Source: Candidatus Bipolaricaulota bacterium (GTDB lineage: Bacteria; Bipolaricaulota; Bipolaricaulia; UBA7950; UBA9294). Taken from it: a stretch of 64,000 nucleotides of DNA. The stretch's first letter is position 1. Every line of letters begins with the position of its first letter. Made by a program: the position numbers and the translations under genes. The stretch is from the NCBI GenBank assembly GCA_040752575.1, contig JBFMGK010000073.1:29399-93398 (forward strand), written 5' to 3'. Below, piece by piece: positions 1 through 9,800 of the stretch. The notes under the pieces are model-generated. The model was not told the origin of the DNA. It made no database searches and saw nothing but the letters and a program-made list of their open reading frames with translations.

Positions 1-2
1 AG

Positions 3-1592
3 GTGCTGCGCGGCACCGCGTTGGCCAACCTGCTGCGTCTCGCCATCCTCTACGCGTTCGCCCTTCTTGTCCGGTTCGTGTTCGCGGTGGCCCAGGCCAT
101 CATGCTGGAGTACACCGGGCAACGCGTGATCTACGACATGCGGAGGAAGATCTTCGCTCACGTGCTCCGCCTGCCCGTGCCCTTCTTCGACCGGATGCCC
201 GTGGGGCGCCTTGTGACCCGCGCCACGAACGATGTGGGGGCGATCCACGAGTTCTTCACGTCGATGCTCGTCAGCCTCTTCCGCGACACGATTCTCGTCG
301 CGGGGATCGTCGTCGTCATGCTGCAGCTCGACTGGCGCCTCGCGCTCGTCGTCTTTGCGCTCTTCCCGCTCATCGGGTTGGCCGCCTGGCAGTTCCGCAA
401 TCGCGTCCGCGCCGCCTTTCGCGAGGTGCGCCGCCAAATCGCTCGGCTCAATGCCTACGTCCAGGAGTCGATCTCGGGCATCCGCATCATCCAGGCATTC
501 GTTCAGGAGGTCACCGCGAACCGACGGTTCGTGGAGATCAACCAGGCCAAGTACGACGCCGACTTTCGGCAGATCGTGACCTTCGCGATCTTCCGGCCCC
601 TCATGAGCTTCCTCAGCTCGTTCGCGGTCGCCCTGGTGCTCTGGTACGGGGGCCTACGGACTCTGGGGGGAGCGTTGTCCCTCGGCGCACTCGTCGCCTT
701 CCTGCAATACGTCCGCATGCTGTTCGAGCCCATTCTGAACCTGTCCGAGGGGTACAACGTCCTGCAAGCAGCCATGGCATCCGCCGAACGCATCTTCCTG
801 TTGCTCGATGAGAAACAGGAGTCGCGCGGCGGGGGCGCACAGCCCGAGAAGGTTCGGGGAAAGATCGAGTTCCAACACGTCTGGTTCGCCTACTCGGGCG
901 AGGACTGGGTGCTGAAGGACGTGTCGTTCGCCATCGAACCCGGCGAGCGGATCGCGATTGTCGGGCCGACCGGATCGGGAAAGACGACGCTCATCCGCCT
1001 CCTGTTGCGGATGTACCCAATCCAGCGCGGCGAGATCCTGGTCGACGGACTCTCGATCGATGCTTACGACCTCGCCTACCTTCGCGCCCAGATGGCCGTG
1101 GTCCTGCAGGATGTCTTCCTCTTCTCCGGGACGGTCATGGACAACATCCGGCTGCGCTCGGCGATCCCCGAGGAGAAGGCCGTTGAGGCCGCGCGTTTTG
1201 TGAGCGCCGACTTCGTTGAGGCGTTTCCCGACGGGTACGCGACCGAGGTGAAAGAGCGCGGCGCGACGTTGTCCGTCGGCGAGCGACAGCTCCTGTCGTA
1301 CGCCCGCGCCGTCGCCTTTGAACCCAAGATCCTCGTGCTCGACGAGGCGACGGCGAGCATCGACTCGCACACGGAAGACATCATCCAGGCCTCGCTGCGG
1401 CGCATTCTGGAGGGGCGCACGTCCATCGCGATCGCCCATCGCCTGTCCACGATCCGCGAGTCCAACCGCATCCTTGTCCTGCACCACGGAGAGATCGTCG
1501 AGGAAGGCGACCACGAGACGCTGCTTCGCGTCGGTGGGCTCTACGCCGCGCTATACAGCCTTCAGTTCGGCGGCGCCGGCGGTTCGACGTAG
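3..1592 (+). CDS. ABC transporter, fused permease + ATPase (MdlB/MsbA-like exporter); probably 5'-partial at the window edge
   Basis: TM domain followed by Walker A GPTGSGKT, signature LSVGERQ, Walker B LVLDEATA and H-loop IAHRLST. Confidence 0.92.
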   Translation: MLRGTALANLLRLAILYAFALLVRFVFAVAQAIMLEYTGQRVIYDMRRKIFAHVLRLPVPFFDRMPVGRLVTRATNDVGAIHEFFTSMLVSLFRDTILVAGIVVVMLQLDWRLALVVFALFPLIGLAAWQFRNRVRAAFREVRRQIARLNAYVQESISGIRIIQAFVQEVTANRRFVEINQAKYDADFRQIVTFAIFRPLMSFLSSFAVALVLWYGGLRTLGGALSLGALVAFLQYVRMLFEPILNLSEGYNVLQAAMASAERIFLLLDEKQESRGGGAQPEKVRGKIEFQHVWFAYSGEDWVLKDVSFAIEPGERIAIVGPTGSGKTTLIRLLLRMYPIQRGEILVDGLSIDAYDLAYLRAQMAVVLQDVFLFSGTVMDNIRLRSAIPEEKAVEAARFVSADFVEAFPDGYATEVKERGATLSVGERQLLSYARAVAFEPKILVLDEATASIDSHTEDIIQASLRRILEGRTSIAIAHRLSTIRESNRILVLHHGEIVEEGDHETLLRVGGLYAALYSLQFGGAGGST

Positions 1593-1647
1593 CGAGGTCG
1601 TGGACAACGCCTGCGCCGGGTGTACTCTGGGCAGGGGGAGGAAAACC

Positions 1648-2934
1648 ATGAACCTTGACATCCGCAGGCTCGGAGCGGCAACCCGCCGCTCGCCGCTGGG
1701 GCTGTCCACGACGCGCGGCGACAGGATCTGCGACTTCGTCTCCGACGACGCGCGGGTGCTCTATGACGTCGCGGCTCCCGCGGCGCCGGGCAGCCCGTCG
1801 TTTGAGCGGGCCGGGCCGCGCGAGCGCATCTACTTCGATCCTGCAGCGCTTCGCGTCGGCATCGTGACCTGTGGCGGGCTCTGCCCCGGAACGAACAACG
1901 TTCTGCGCGCCGCCGTGATGGAACTGTGGTTCCACTATGGCGTGCGGTCGATCGTCGGCTTTCGGTACGGGTTTGCCGGTCTGGTCCCCCGGGCGATCGC
2001 CCCGGCCGAACTCTCACCCGACGTCGTCGACGAGATCCATCACCGCGGCGGGTCTCTCCTCGGCTCGTCGCGCGGCACCCAGGATCCCACGGAGATGATC
2101 GCGACGCTCGAGCGTGAAGGGATCGGAGTCCTTCTCGTCGTCGGGGGCGATGGAACGATGCGCGGCGCTCAGTCGATCGTCGACGAGGCGGATCGTCGAG
2201 GCCTGCCGCTCGCGGTGGTCGCCGTCCCCAAGACGATCGACAACGACATCCCGTTGGTCGAGCGAACGTTCGGTTTCGAGACCGCGTTCTCGGTCGCTGT
2301 CGATGCAATTCGCGCAGCACACACGGAAGCCAAGGGCTACGACAACGGCGTCGGCCTGGTGAAGCTCATGGGGCGTCACTCCGGCGCCATCACGACGCAT
2401 GCCGCGCTCGCCGAACCGGACGTGAACCTTGCGTTGATCCCTGAGGTGCCGTTCATCCTGGACGGAGAACGCAGCGTCGTCGCCTGGCTCGTCGAGCGTC
2501 TCGCGCGGCGACGCCACGCCGTCATCGTCGTCGCCGAAGGCGCAGGGCAGGACCTTCTTGGCGAGGACGACCTTGGGCGTGACGCGTCGGGGAATCTTCG
2601 GCTTGGCGACATCGGAGCCTTCCTGCGCGACCACCTCGCCGTCTCGTTGCGTGCCCGCGGAGTGAATGCTTCGGTGAAATACATCGACCCCAGCTACATG
2701 ATCCGCAGCGCGCCGGCGTCGCCCAACGACTCGATCTTCGCAGCGGACCTCGCTCGCTATGCCGTTCACGCCGCACTGAGCGGCCGGACCGCGATGGTCG
2801 TCGGGTTCTGGAACGGCCAGTTCACGCACGTGCCTCTCTCCGCATCGCTCGCGCTGACCAAGAGGGTCGACCCCGAGGGCGACCTTTGGCGTTCGGTGCT
2901 CGAGTCCACCGGGCAGCCGGCAGCGTGGGGCTGA
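1648..2934 (+). CDS. pfkA: ATP-dependent 6-phosphofructokinase (PfkA family, long group X type)
   Basis: TCGGLCPG, GGDGT, PKTIDND, MGRHSG and YIDPSYMIRS motifs; GGAGG RBS before ATG 1648. Confidence 0.92.
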   Translation: MNLDIRRLGAATRRSPLGLSTTRGDRICDFVSDDARVLYDVAAPAAPGSPSFERAGPRERIYFDPAALRVGIVTCGGLCPGTNNVLRAAVMELWFHYGVRSIVGFRYGFAGLVPRAIAPAELSPDVVDEIHHRGGSLLGSSRGTQDPTEMIATLEREGIGVLLVVGGDGTMRGAQSIVDEADRRGLPLAVVAVPKTIDNDIPLVERTFGFETAFSVAVDAIRAAHTEAKGYDNGVGLVKLMGRHSGAITTHAALAEPDVNLALIPEVPFILDGERSVVAWLVERLARRRHAVIVVAEGAGQDLLGEDDLGRDASGNLRLGDIGAFLRDHLAVSLRARGVNASVKYIDPSYMIRSAPASPNDSIFAADLARYAVHAALSGRTAMVVGFWNGQFTHVPLSASLALTKRVDPEGDLWRSVLESTGQPAAWG

Positions 2935-3345
2935 TGCAACCGGTGCGCAAGGCGTTTGCGTACGTCGCGCGCCCGCGAGCGCAGGCCACGAGCTGCTCGT
3001 CTTTCGGAGTCTCGACGAGCCGAAGGGCTTCGACGTTCCGAAGGGGGCGGCAAGACCCGACGAGACGTTCGAAGAGGCTGCACGCCGCGAACTCCTCGAG
3101 GAGTCGGGCGTGGAGGCTGCAAGGCCCCTCGGCGAGATCGGGACGGCATGGTTCGGGGACGAGAGACAAGCACCTCTTTCCCTTCGACGCACCGGACGGG
3201 CTGCCCGCCAGGTTCCGTCACACCGTCACCGGCGACGACCGCGATGCTGGCGACCGCTACGGCTTCGAGTTCCTGCCGATCGATGACGCGCTCGCGTCGC
3301 GGCGGGTCCAGGGATCGGATCAGGGCGTCGCTGCGCCGCCAACTC
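2934..3345 (+). pseudogene. Nudix hydrolase with two compensating frameshifts (pseudogene or sequence error)
   Basis: Starts MQPVRKAFAYVAR at 2934, overlapping the pfk stop. A perfect Nudix box GAARPDETFEEAARRELLEESGV at 3044-3112 lies in a different frame, and the start frame resumes at HLFPFDAPDGLP near 3170. The end position is approximate. Confidence 0.75.
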
Positions 3346-5452
3346 AGCGCGTGACCTCGTCGACCCACCGAGACAGGTCGGGCGGCGACGCCGTCCGCGC
3401 GACGGCGTCGCGCCATCGTTCGGTTAGGTCTCCGAGTGACAGGTCGCTCCCCTCTCTCACGAAGAGCGGAAGGCGATGCAGAGGGGCATCGGCCGCCACG
3501 GTGCACGGGCCGAGGACGCGAACGCCCGTCCACGCGTCGATCCACGCCCCCTGCGGCACCAGCACGTCGACGCGATCGACTCCTCGTTCCCAGACAGGTC
3601 GGACGAGCAGGTCGGGGCCAAGCAGGTACTGCTCGAAAGCATCGACGAAGCGCTCGTCATCCGGGTAGGCGACGATCAGGGGACGGACGATCGGCGTCCC
3701 GCGCTCGTGCGCCGCCTCCGCCGCGCGGTAGAGGTACTCGCCGAGGTCTGCGTGCAGGTTCGCGTACAGAGACCAGATCGCGATCAGCTCGGCGTCGTAG
3801 ACGATGCCGGACGGGTACCCTGACTCTGTCGCCTCGCCCGGGTGATCGTCGGGCAGCCACGACCACGGAGCGAGATTCGCCGTGGGGCCCACCTCCATGA
3901 TCGGGCAGAAGGCAGAGAACGCCAGCCACCGCGCGAGCACCTCGCGCGGGGCACGCCGGTTGTAGCCTCCGGTGTCGGAGCCCCACAACGGCGTGTTGAG
4001 AATCGCCGCCCGCTGAAGGGCAATGATGGCGGAGCGAAGGCCCCACTCGGATGGATCGGTGTCCCCGCCCCACGCCGCGGTCCACTGTGACATCCCGCTC
4101 CACCCGGCACGGTAGATCGACACGAACTCGGGGCCGCCGAATGACGCTCCGGTGTCGAAAGCGGCGTGCGCGAACCAAAGCGGAAAAGCGTTGTGACCCT
4201 CGCGGTAGTCGGTGCCGTCGGAGTACGCACCGCGGAAGACCTGCCCGTCGGGCGGCTTCTCCTCGCCCCGATCGAGCTTGAACCCTGCGATGCCGGTTTC
4301 GACGAGCGGCTGCAGCAGACTCATCCACCACGCGACCGCATCGGGATTCGTGAAGTCGATCAGCGCCGCTTCCGGCAGGTAGGGAAGCGCTTGCTGTACC
4401 GTGTAGCCGCGCGCAAGAGCCGTCTCGCGCTCGCCGTCCATGACCCACGGCCCGATCCACAGGAGGGTCTTTACACCGCGTCCGCCGAGCCACTCGACCA
4501 TCTCGGCAAGTGCTGGGAACCTGTTCTCATCGAACGACAATCCCCCATACCCGAAGGTCCCCTCAGCCCACGGCCGATCGACGACGATCCACGAGCAGGG
4601 AATGCCGAGGGCCTGCATCATCAGAGCGTCCTCCACGACCATGGAGTTGAACGGTCCGTCGTACGGCGTCCGGTCGTAGAAGCTGTCGAGATCCCAGCAC
4701 TCGTCGCGCCACCTTCCGGGACCGAGGAGAAAGCGCGGCGGCAACAGCGGCATTCCGGTGATCCTCGCATACCGCTCGACGACCGCTAGCGGCTCGGGCC
4801 CTGGCAAGAGGAGGAGCTGGAGCGCCGGACCCTCGATCTCGATCTCGATCTGTGTCGGTCGCAGAGCCCCACGCGCATCGACGCCGAACCGGTACGTCCC
4901 AGGCCAAGAGCCCTCGACCCAGAGCCCCCACCCGGATGACGCGACGAAGAACGGCGCGTAGATCGATACCGTCGGCAGTGTGTAGAGATCGACGACCTGG
5001 CCGCGCAGGCTGAGCCCCGCGGTCATGCCCGGCTTCCACGAAAGCGACTGACTTCCTTGCACGACGCGCTCCATGAGTCCGTAGAAACCGTCTTTCGCTG
5101 ACACGAGAAGCGTCACGCCAAGCTTCTCGAACTCGTCCTTCGGGGTGGCCGAGAAGCTGACGCGCGTTGATCCCTGAGGCCCTTCGCCCATCCGGACGGT
5201 CGCCGAACGTCCGTCGGACACGCGACAGCGCGCCTCGGCGCCGTCGGCCGAGATCTCGGCCGACGTCACCGTGAATCGCTCCGAACCGCGCACGACGTAC
5301 AGCGCCGCGGAACCGGCGACGCGGAGCGATGGGAGCAGATCCTCGGCGAAGTCGATCCCAAAGGGGTCTATCACGAACACCCCGTGGGCCGGGGTTCTCA
5401 TCGCTAGAGAGATCAGCGCGACCCCCACGAGGAACGTCACTCGGCGCACCAT
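3344..5452 (-). CDS. Glycoside hydrolase family 31 (alpha-glucosidase/xylosidase-like) with N-terminal signal peptide
   Basis: IDFTNPDAVAWW, GFKLDRGEE (nucleophile Asp), WGGDT, SDTGGY, GTPIVRPL and QYLLGPDLLVRPV motifs; purine-rich RBS before ATG 5452. Confidence 0.9.
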   Translation of the reverse strand: MVRRVTFLVGVALISLAMRTPAHGVFVIDPFGIDFAEDLLPSLRVAGSAALYVVRGSERFTVTSAEISADGAEARCRVSDGRSATVRMGEGPQGSTRVSFSATPKDEFEKLGVTLLVSAKDGFYGLMERVVQGSQSLSWKPGMTAGLSLRGQVVDLYTLPTVSIYAPFFVASSGWGLWVEGSWPGTYRFGVDARGALRPTQIEIEIEGPALQLLLLPGPEPLAVVERYARITGMPLLPPRFLLGPGRWRDECWDLDSFYDRTPYDGPFNSMVVEDALMMQALGIPCSWIVVDRPWAEGTFGYGGLSFDENRFPALAEMVEWLGGRGVKTLLWIGPWVMDGERETALARGYTVQQALPYLPEAALIDFTNPDAVAWWMSLLQPLVETGIAGFKLDRGEEKPPDGQVFRGAYSDGTDYREGHNAFPLWFAHAAFDTGASFGGPEFVSIYRAGWSGMSQWTAAWGGDTDPSEWGLRSAIIALQRAAILNTPLWGSDTGGYNRRAPREVLARWLAFSAFCPIMEVGPTANLAPWSWLPDDHPGEATESGYPSGIVYDAELIAIWSLYANLHADLGEYLYRAAEAAHERGTPIVRPLIVAYPDDERFVDAFEQYLLGPDLLVRPVWERGVDRVDVLVPQGAWIDAWTGVRVLGPCTVAADAPLHRLPLFVREGSDLSLGDLTERWRDAVARTASPPDLSRWVDEVTR

Positions 5453-5475
5453 GGTTCCACCCCCTCTTGGCGAGC

Positions 5476-6405
5476 CTAACGACTTGCCGGTCTCCCGGCA
5501 ACGCGACGGCGGCGCTCGCCCGGCGAAGCCGCAAACTGGGAGAGAACCATCGCCGCCAGCATCAACCCGCCGCCGGCTAGGGATCTTGCCGAAAGGCGCT
5601 CGCCCAGCAGGAGCCATCCGCCGAGTGCAGCAAAGACGCCCTCAAGACTCAGCACCACGCCAGCAACGGCCGGTCCGACACGGCGCTGGCCCATGACCTG
5701 CAGCGTGTACGCCACGCCGACGGAGAGAACGCCCGCGTACGCGATCGCCACCCAACTTGCGGCGACCCCATCCCATGTCGTGGCCTCCAGGAACAGAGAC
5801 GCCGTGAGGCTCAGCGCACCGCAGATCGAGAACTGCACAAGCGCAATGACGAGGGCTTCGGCGCGCGCGACGAGCCAGTCGATGACGTGAACGTGGACGG
5901 CCCAGGCCAGAGCGCCGAGGAGCACCCAGCCATCGCCGGGGGCCAGGCGCAAGGATCCGACGATGCTCAGGAAGTACAGACCCAGCGACGACAAGGGGAC
6001 CGCAAGGGCCGTCACCCAACGCAGGCGCTGCCCGCGTGCTAACCCAAGAAGCGGCACGAGGACGACGTAGAGACCGGTGAGGAACCCCGCCTTCCCGGCG
6101 CTCGTCGAAACGAGCCCGATTTGCTGGAGGTTCGCCGCGACGGTCAGCACGAGTCCTGACCCGATCAGGCCGAGAACCGTCCGGCCCTGACCTCGCGTTC
6201 GCGCACACTCCGCCGGCCGCGGCGAGCGGAGAAGGAAGGGAATCAGAACCAAGGTTCCCAGCAGGAAGCGGACTCCGTTGAAAAAGAACGGGCCGACGTG
6301 GGCCATCCCCGACCGCTGCGCGACGAAGGCAAAGCCCCAGATCGCAGCGGCCAACAAGAGGAGGCCGCTCGCGCCCGCAGGAGGGTGTTGCCGTGCATCG
6401 TGCAT
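5476..6405 (-). CDS. DMT/EamA family transporter
   Basis: About 10 hydrophobic helices; IWGFAFVAQ, KAGFLTGLYVVLVP and SLEGVFAALGGWLLLGE. Confidence 0.9.
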   Translation of the reverse strand: MHDARQHPPAGASGLLLLAAAIWGFAFVAQRSGMAHVGPFFFNGVRFLLGTLVLIPFLLRSPRPAECARTRGQGRTVLGLIGSGLVLTVAANLQQIGLVSTSAGKAGFLTGLYVVLVPLLGLARGQRLRWVTALAVPLSSLGLYFLSIVGSLRLAPGDGWVLLGALAWAVHVHVIDWLVARAEALVIALVQFSICGALSLTASLFLEATTWDGVAASWVAIAYAGVLSVGVAYTLQVMGQRRVGPAVAGVVLSLEGVFAALGGWLLLGERLSARSLAGGGLMLAAMVLSQFAASPGERRRRVAGRPASR

Positions 6406-6534
6406 GGCCGCGATTCTACCGCGGCCGCCGCGCGACGCGTCGCGGAGCCCGGCAATTGCCCGCCGATCAGGGGACAGGCGACCTCGAACCCGGACGTTTC
6501 GAGCCTAGGGTGGTTCGGGGAACGGAGGTGTCGT

Positions 6535-7185
6535 GTGGCGTTTGACCTGGGAGTCCTGCTCAAGCTTCTCGTCTCGGTGATCTTGGGAGGCCTCGTGGGC
6601 CTCGAGCGGCAGGCCCATGGGCGGGCGGCAGGACTGCGGACGCACATCCTCGTCAGCCTCGGAGCGACGCTGACCATGATTGTGACCCAATCGTTCACGC
6701 AGGCCATTGATCCCGGGCGGGCCGTCGCCGGAATTCTGACCGGCATCGGCTTCCTCGGCGCGGGCGTCATCGTGAAGTCCAACGAGATCGTCCGCGGGCT
6801 CACGACCGCGGCCTGCATCTGGTTCGTCGCCACGCTGGGAATCCTCGTCGGCCAAAGCATGCACGTCGTCGCCGCCCTCAGCACGGCACTGTCTCTCGCG
6901 ATTCTGACGCTCCTGTCGTGGTTCTCGAGCAAGATTCCGAGCGTCAGCTACCACACCGTGGTCGTGCGGTCCGCGACGCGAGACGTCGAGGCTCTCGACT
7001 CCAGTTGCCGCGAGATGTTCGCAGCTCAGGGCTTCCGGATCATCGCAGCGTCGAGTCGGCTTGCCGCTGATCCGGTCGCGATGGAACTGACATTCCGCCT
7101 GCGGACGCGCCACGTGCCCAACACCGTGAGGGCCTCGCGACCGCTCCTCGCGCTCCCCGGAGTTCGCTCCGTGGACTGGGACTAG
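6535..7185 (+). CDS. mgtC: MgtC/SapB family membrane protein
   Basis: GLERQ..GRAAGLRTH, GIGFLGAGVI, RGLTTAA motifs and an ACT-like C-terminus; GGAGGT RBS before GTG 6535. Confidence 0.9.
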   Translation: MAFDLGVLLKLLVSVILGGLVGLERQAHGRAAGLRTHILVSLGATLTMIVTQSFTQAIDPGRAVAGILTGIGFLGAGVIVKSNEIVRGLTTAACIWFVATLGILVGQSMHVVAALSTALSLAILTLLSWFSSKIPSVSYHTVVVRSATRDVEALDSSCREMFAAQGFRIIAASSRLAADPVAMELTFRLRTRHVPNTVRASRPLLALPGVRSVDWD

Positions 7186-9581
7186 CTCGCCCGAGGTGCT
7201 GTACTCCGGCGAGTGCGCCGTTTCCCCTTCTGGGGCGCTGGGTTGCGCGGCAGGCAGTACACCCAGTAGCGATGGCCCCCTGGCCGATCGTCCGCGGAGC
7301 TCTCGGAAGGCGTCCCCAGACCGTGAATCTCGTGAGTGAAGCCGGGGAAGCGGTCGTCAAACGCCTCGAGGCTCTGCAGGTAGTCGCAGACGGCGTCGTT
7401 GGCCTCCTCACCGGGCATCAACACCGGGATCCCCGGCGGATAGGGAACGAGCCCGACGGCCACAACGCGCCCGGCCAACTCGTCCAACGGAACGCGTTCG
7501 ATTTCGTTCTTGACCAGCGCGCGGTAGGCATCGCGTGCCGTTGCCCGCTGAATCGGCTGGTTCTCGTGAAGGCGAAGCGCCCTCTCTTTCTGGCAGAGTC
7601 CTTCGTCGCGGAGGTAGCCGTGCATCTCCAGACACAGGTCGCGGAGCGTGCGGTCGCCTCCGTAGCGATCGGGGTAGTACTCGACAAGCTCAGGAATCGC
7701 CTCGCTGAGGGGGGCGCCGGTATCATAGAGGTGCTTGAACTCGAATAGCGCACTGACGAGCGTGCCCCACTTCCCTTTCGTGATGCCGAGCGAGAACAGG
7801 AAGAGCACGGTGTAGTGGCCCGTCTTCTCGACGACGATCCCTTCCGAGTCCAGAAAGGCCGTCACGACGGGGGCCGGTATGCAAGCCTGGGCGCGTCCAT
7901 TCGGCGACGGAGTAGCGGCCGGATCGTACAGCGAACCGTTCGGCGCGATCCCCGGTGTGATGAGCGTCACTTTGATCGGGTCGAGCATGCAGTACCCGGG
8001 AGCCAGGTCGCGGAAACCGTGCCACGCCGCTCCGGGCTCTAGGTGCCAGCACTCAGAACGCGAAGCCAGCGTCTCAGGGTCGGCGTCCTCGAATCGGACA
8101 AGGCCGCGCGGTGTGCGCACCTTGTCGGGCTGCCACACGTGGAACCACCAGTCGCGCTTCTCCTTGCGGTCGTGCTCCAGGCGTGCCATGACCTGGCGGA
8201 AGGCGACGGCTTCGTCGATGGACTCCTGCGTCAGGACGCGCCCCGTCCCGCCGGACATCATGGCCGCCGCGACGTCGTTGGAGGCGATGATCGCGTACTG
8301 CGGCGACGTGGAGCTGTGCATCATGTAGGCTTCGTTGAAACGGTCATGGCCGACAGGGGCACGCGGACTCGACTTGATGTGGATCATCGACGCCTGCGAG
8401 AGCGCCGCGAGGAGTTTGTGGGTCGATTGAGTCGCGAAGATCGTCGGCGCAGCCTCCCCGTCGACCGGGATCGCCATGGCGTAGCGGTCCTCGTAGAGCG
8501 GGTTGAAGCGGGCATACGCGTACCACGCTTCATCGAAGTGAATGCGCTTCGCGCCTCCGTCGATCTGCGTCAGGATCTGCTTGACGTCGTAGCACAAGCC
8601 GTCGTACGTCGAGTTGGTCAGGACCAGGAGCTCGGCCTCGACCGGCGTGGGCTCCTTGGGATCGAGCAGCGGGTGGCTCTGGATTCGGCGCACAACTTCC
8701 GCCCACGCAAGGCGCTGAGGCGGTACGGGGCCGATGATTCCGTAGTTGTTCGAGTCCGGGTGCAGGTACGTGGGGATGGCTCCAGACAAGCGGATCGCTT
8801 GCTCAACGGACTTGTGGCAGTTTCGATCGATGACGACGCTGTCCCCGCCGATCACGCAAGACTGGAAGACGATGCGGTTCGAGGTCGACGACCCATTCGT
8901 CACGAAGTACGTCATGTCCGCCCCGAACACCATCGCCGCGTTGCGTTCGGCCTTGCCGACCGGTCCGCTGTGCTTGAGGAGCGATCCGAGCTCGCTCACG
9001 GAGACCGAGAGGTCGGAACGGAAAATCTGCTCGCCGAAGAAGCGGACGAACTCCTGTCCAACCGCGGACTTCAGGAAAGCCGTTCCCCCGCAGTGTCCCG
9101 GCGTGTGCCACGAGTACTCGTACTCCTCGGCGAAGCGGACCATCGCGCCGAAGAACGGCGGCAGAAGCAGGTTGGCGTACTTCTCGATCGCACTGGAGAC
9201 GCGTCCGGCGACAAACGCCGCGGGGTCTTCGAGCTTCCAGATGTACTCGTCGATCTGCTCGACGATGAGCAGGTCGATGTCGCGAACCTCCGTGCGGTCG
9301 GCGAGAAGGAAGACGGGCAGGTACTCGCCGTGACTGCGCGCGGCCCGGATGAGCTGGCGCACCTCTTCGGGCTCGCTCGGATCCCATGCGACGAGCAAGC
9401 ACCCCAGATTGGGATTGGCTTCGATGAGCGCCTTCCCGTCCTCGACGTCGTGCGTCGCGTGGGTCGGGTACCCCAGTTGCTGGAGCGTGTCAGCGATCGC
9501 GCGAATCCGTTGGCTCGCGAAGGAAGGCTCGTCCCACGTCGGATCGACGATCACGACGGGGTACTTTGGACGTGTGTACAT
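7182..9581 (-). CDS. Orn/Lys/Arg decarboxylase (AdiA/CadA/LdcC-type, PLP-dependent, with wing domain)
   Basis: WHTPGH, FVTNGSSTSN, DRNCHKS, HFDEAW, QSTHKLL (PLP Lys), STSPQY and PYPPGIP; GGAGGT RBS before ATG 9581. Confidence 0.93.
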   Translation of the reverse strand: MYTRPKYPVVIVDPTWDEPSFASQRIRAIADTLQQLGYPTHATHDVEDGKALIEANPNLGCLLVAWDPSEPEEVRQLIRAARSHGEYLPVFLLADRTEVRDIDLLIVEQIDEYIWKLEDPAAFVAGRVSSAIEKYANLLLPPFFGAMVRFAEEYEYSWHTPGHCGGTAFLKSAVGQEFVRFFGEQIFRSDLSVSVSELGSLLKHSGPVGKAERNAAMVFGADMTYFVTNGSSTSNRIVFQSCVIGGDSVVIDRNCHKSVEQAIRLSGAIPTYLHPDSNNYGIIGPVPPQRLAWAEVVRRIQSHPLLDPKEPTPVEAELLVLTNSTYDGLCYDVKQILTQIDGGAKRIHFDEAWYAYARFNPLYEDRYAMAIPVDGEAAPTIFATQSTHKLLAALSQASMIHIKSSPRAPVGHDRFNEAYMMHSSTSPQYAIIASNDVAAAMMSGGTGRVLTQESIDEAVAFRQVMARLEHDRKEKRDWWFHVWQPDKVRTPRGLVRFEDADPETLASRSECWHLEPGAAWHGFRDLAPGYCMLDPIKVTLITPGIAPNGSLYDPAATPSPNGRAQACIPAPVVTAFLDSEGIVVEKTGHYTVLFLFSLGITKGKWGTLVSALFEFKHLYDTGAPLSEAIPELVEYYPDRYGGDRTLRDLCLEMHGYLRDEGLCQKERALRLHENQPIQRATARDAYRALVKNEIERVPLDELAGRVVAVGLVPYPPGIPVLMPGEEANDAVCDYLQSLEAFDDRFPGFTHEIHGLGTPSESSADDRPGGHRYWVYCLPRNPAPQKGKRRTRRSTAPRAS

Positions 9582-9800
9582 CGGCCGCTGGATCACCTCC
9601 GGCCGCAGATAACGGCCACATGCCGGACCCACAGCGCAACGGGTTCTACGCTCGCGTACGGCACCGAGAGACACCCCCCGGAAGGCCCTCTTCCCCTCAA
9701 GCTCACCACGTTCTCCCCGGAGGACGCGATATCGTAGGGCCGGGCCCCACGCTCGTCAACCGCAGTGCATCCCGGCTCTCGCTGTGCTACGCTCCAGGGC

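Noticed and set aside
8043..9737. 564-aa plus-strand ORF
   Set aside because: Antisense shadow of the decarboxylase
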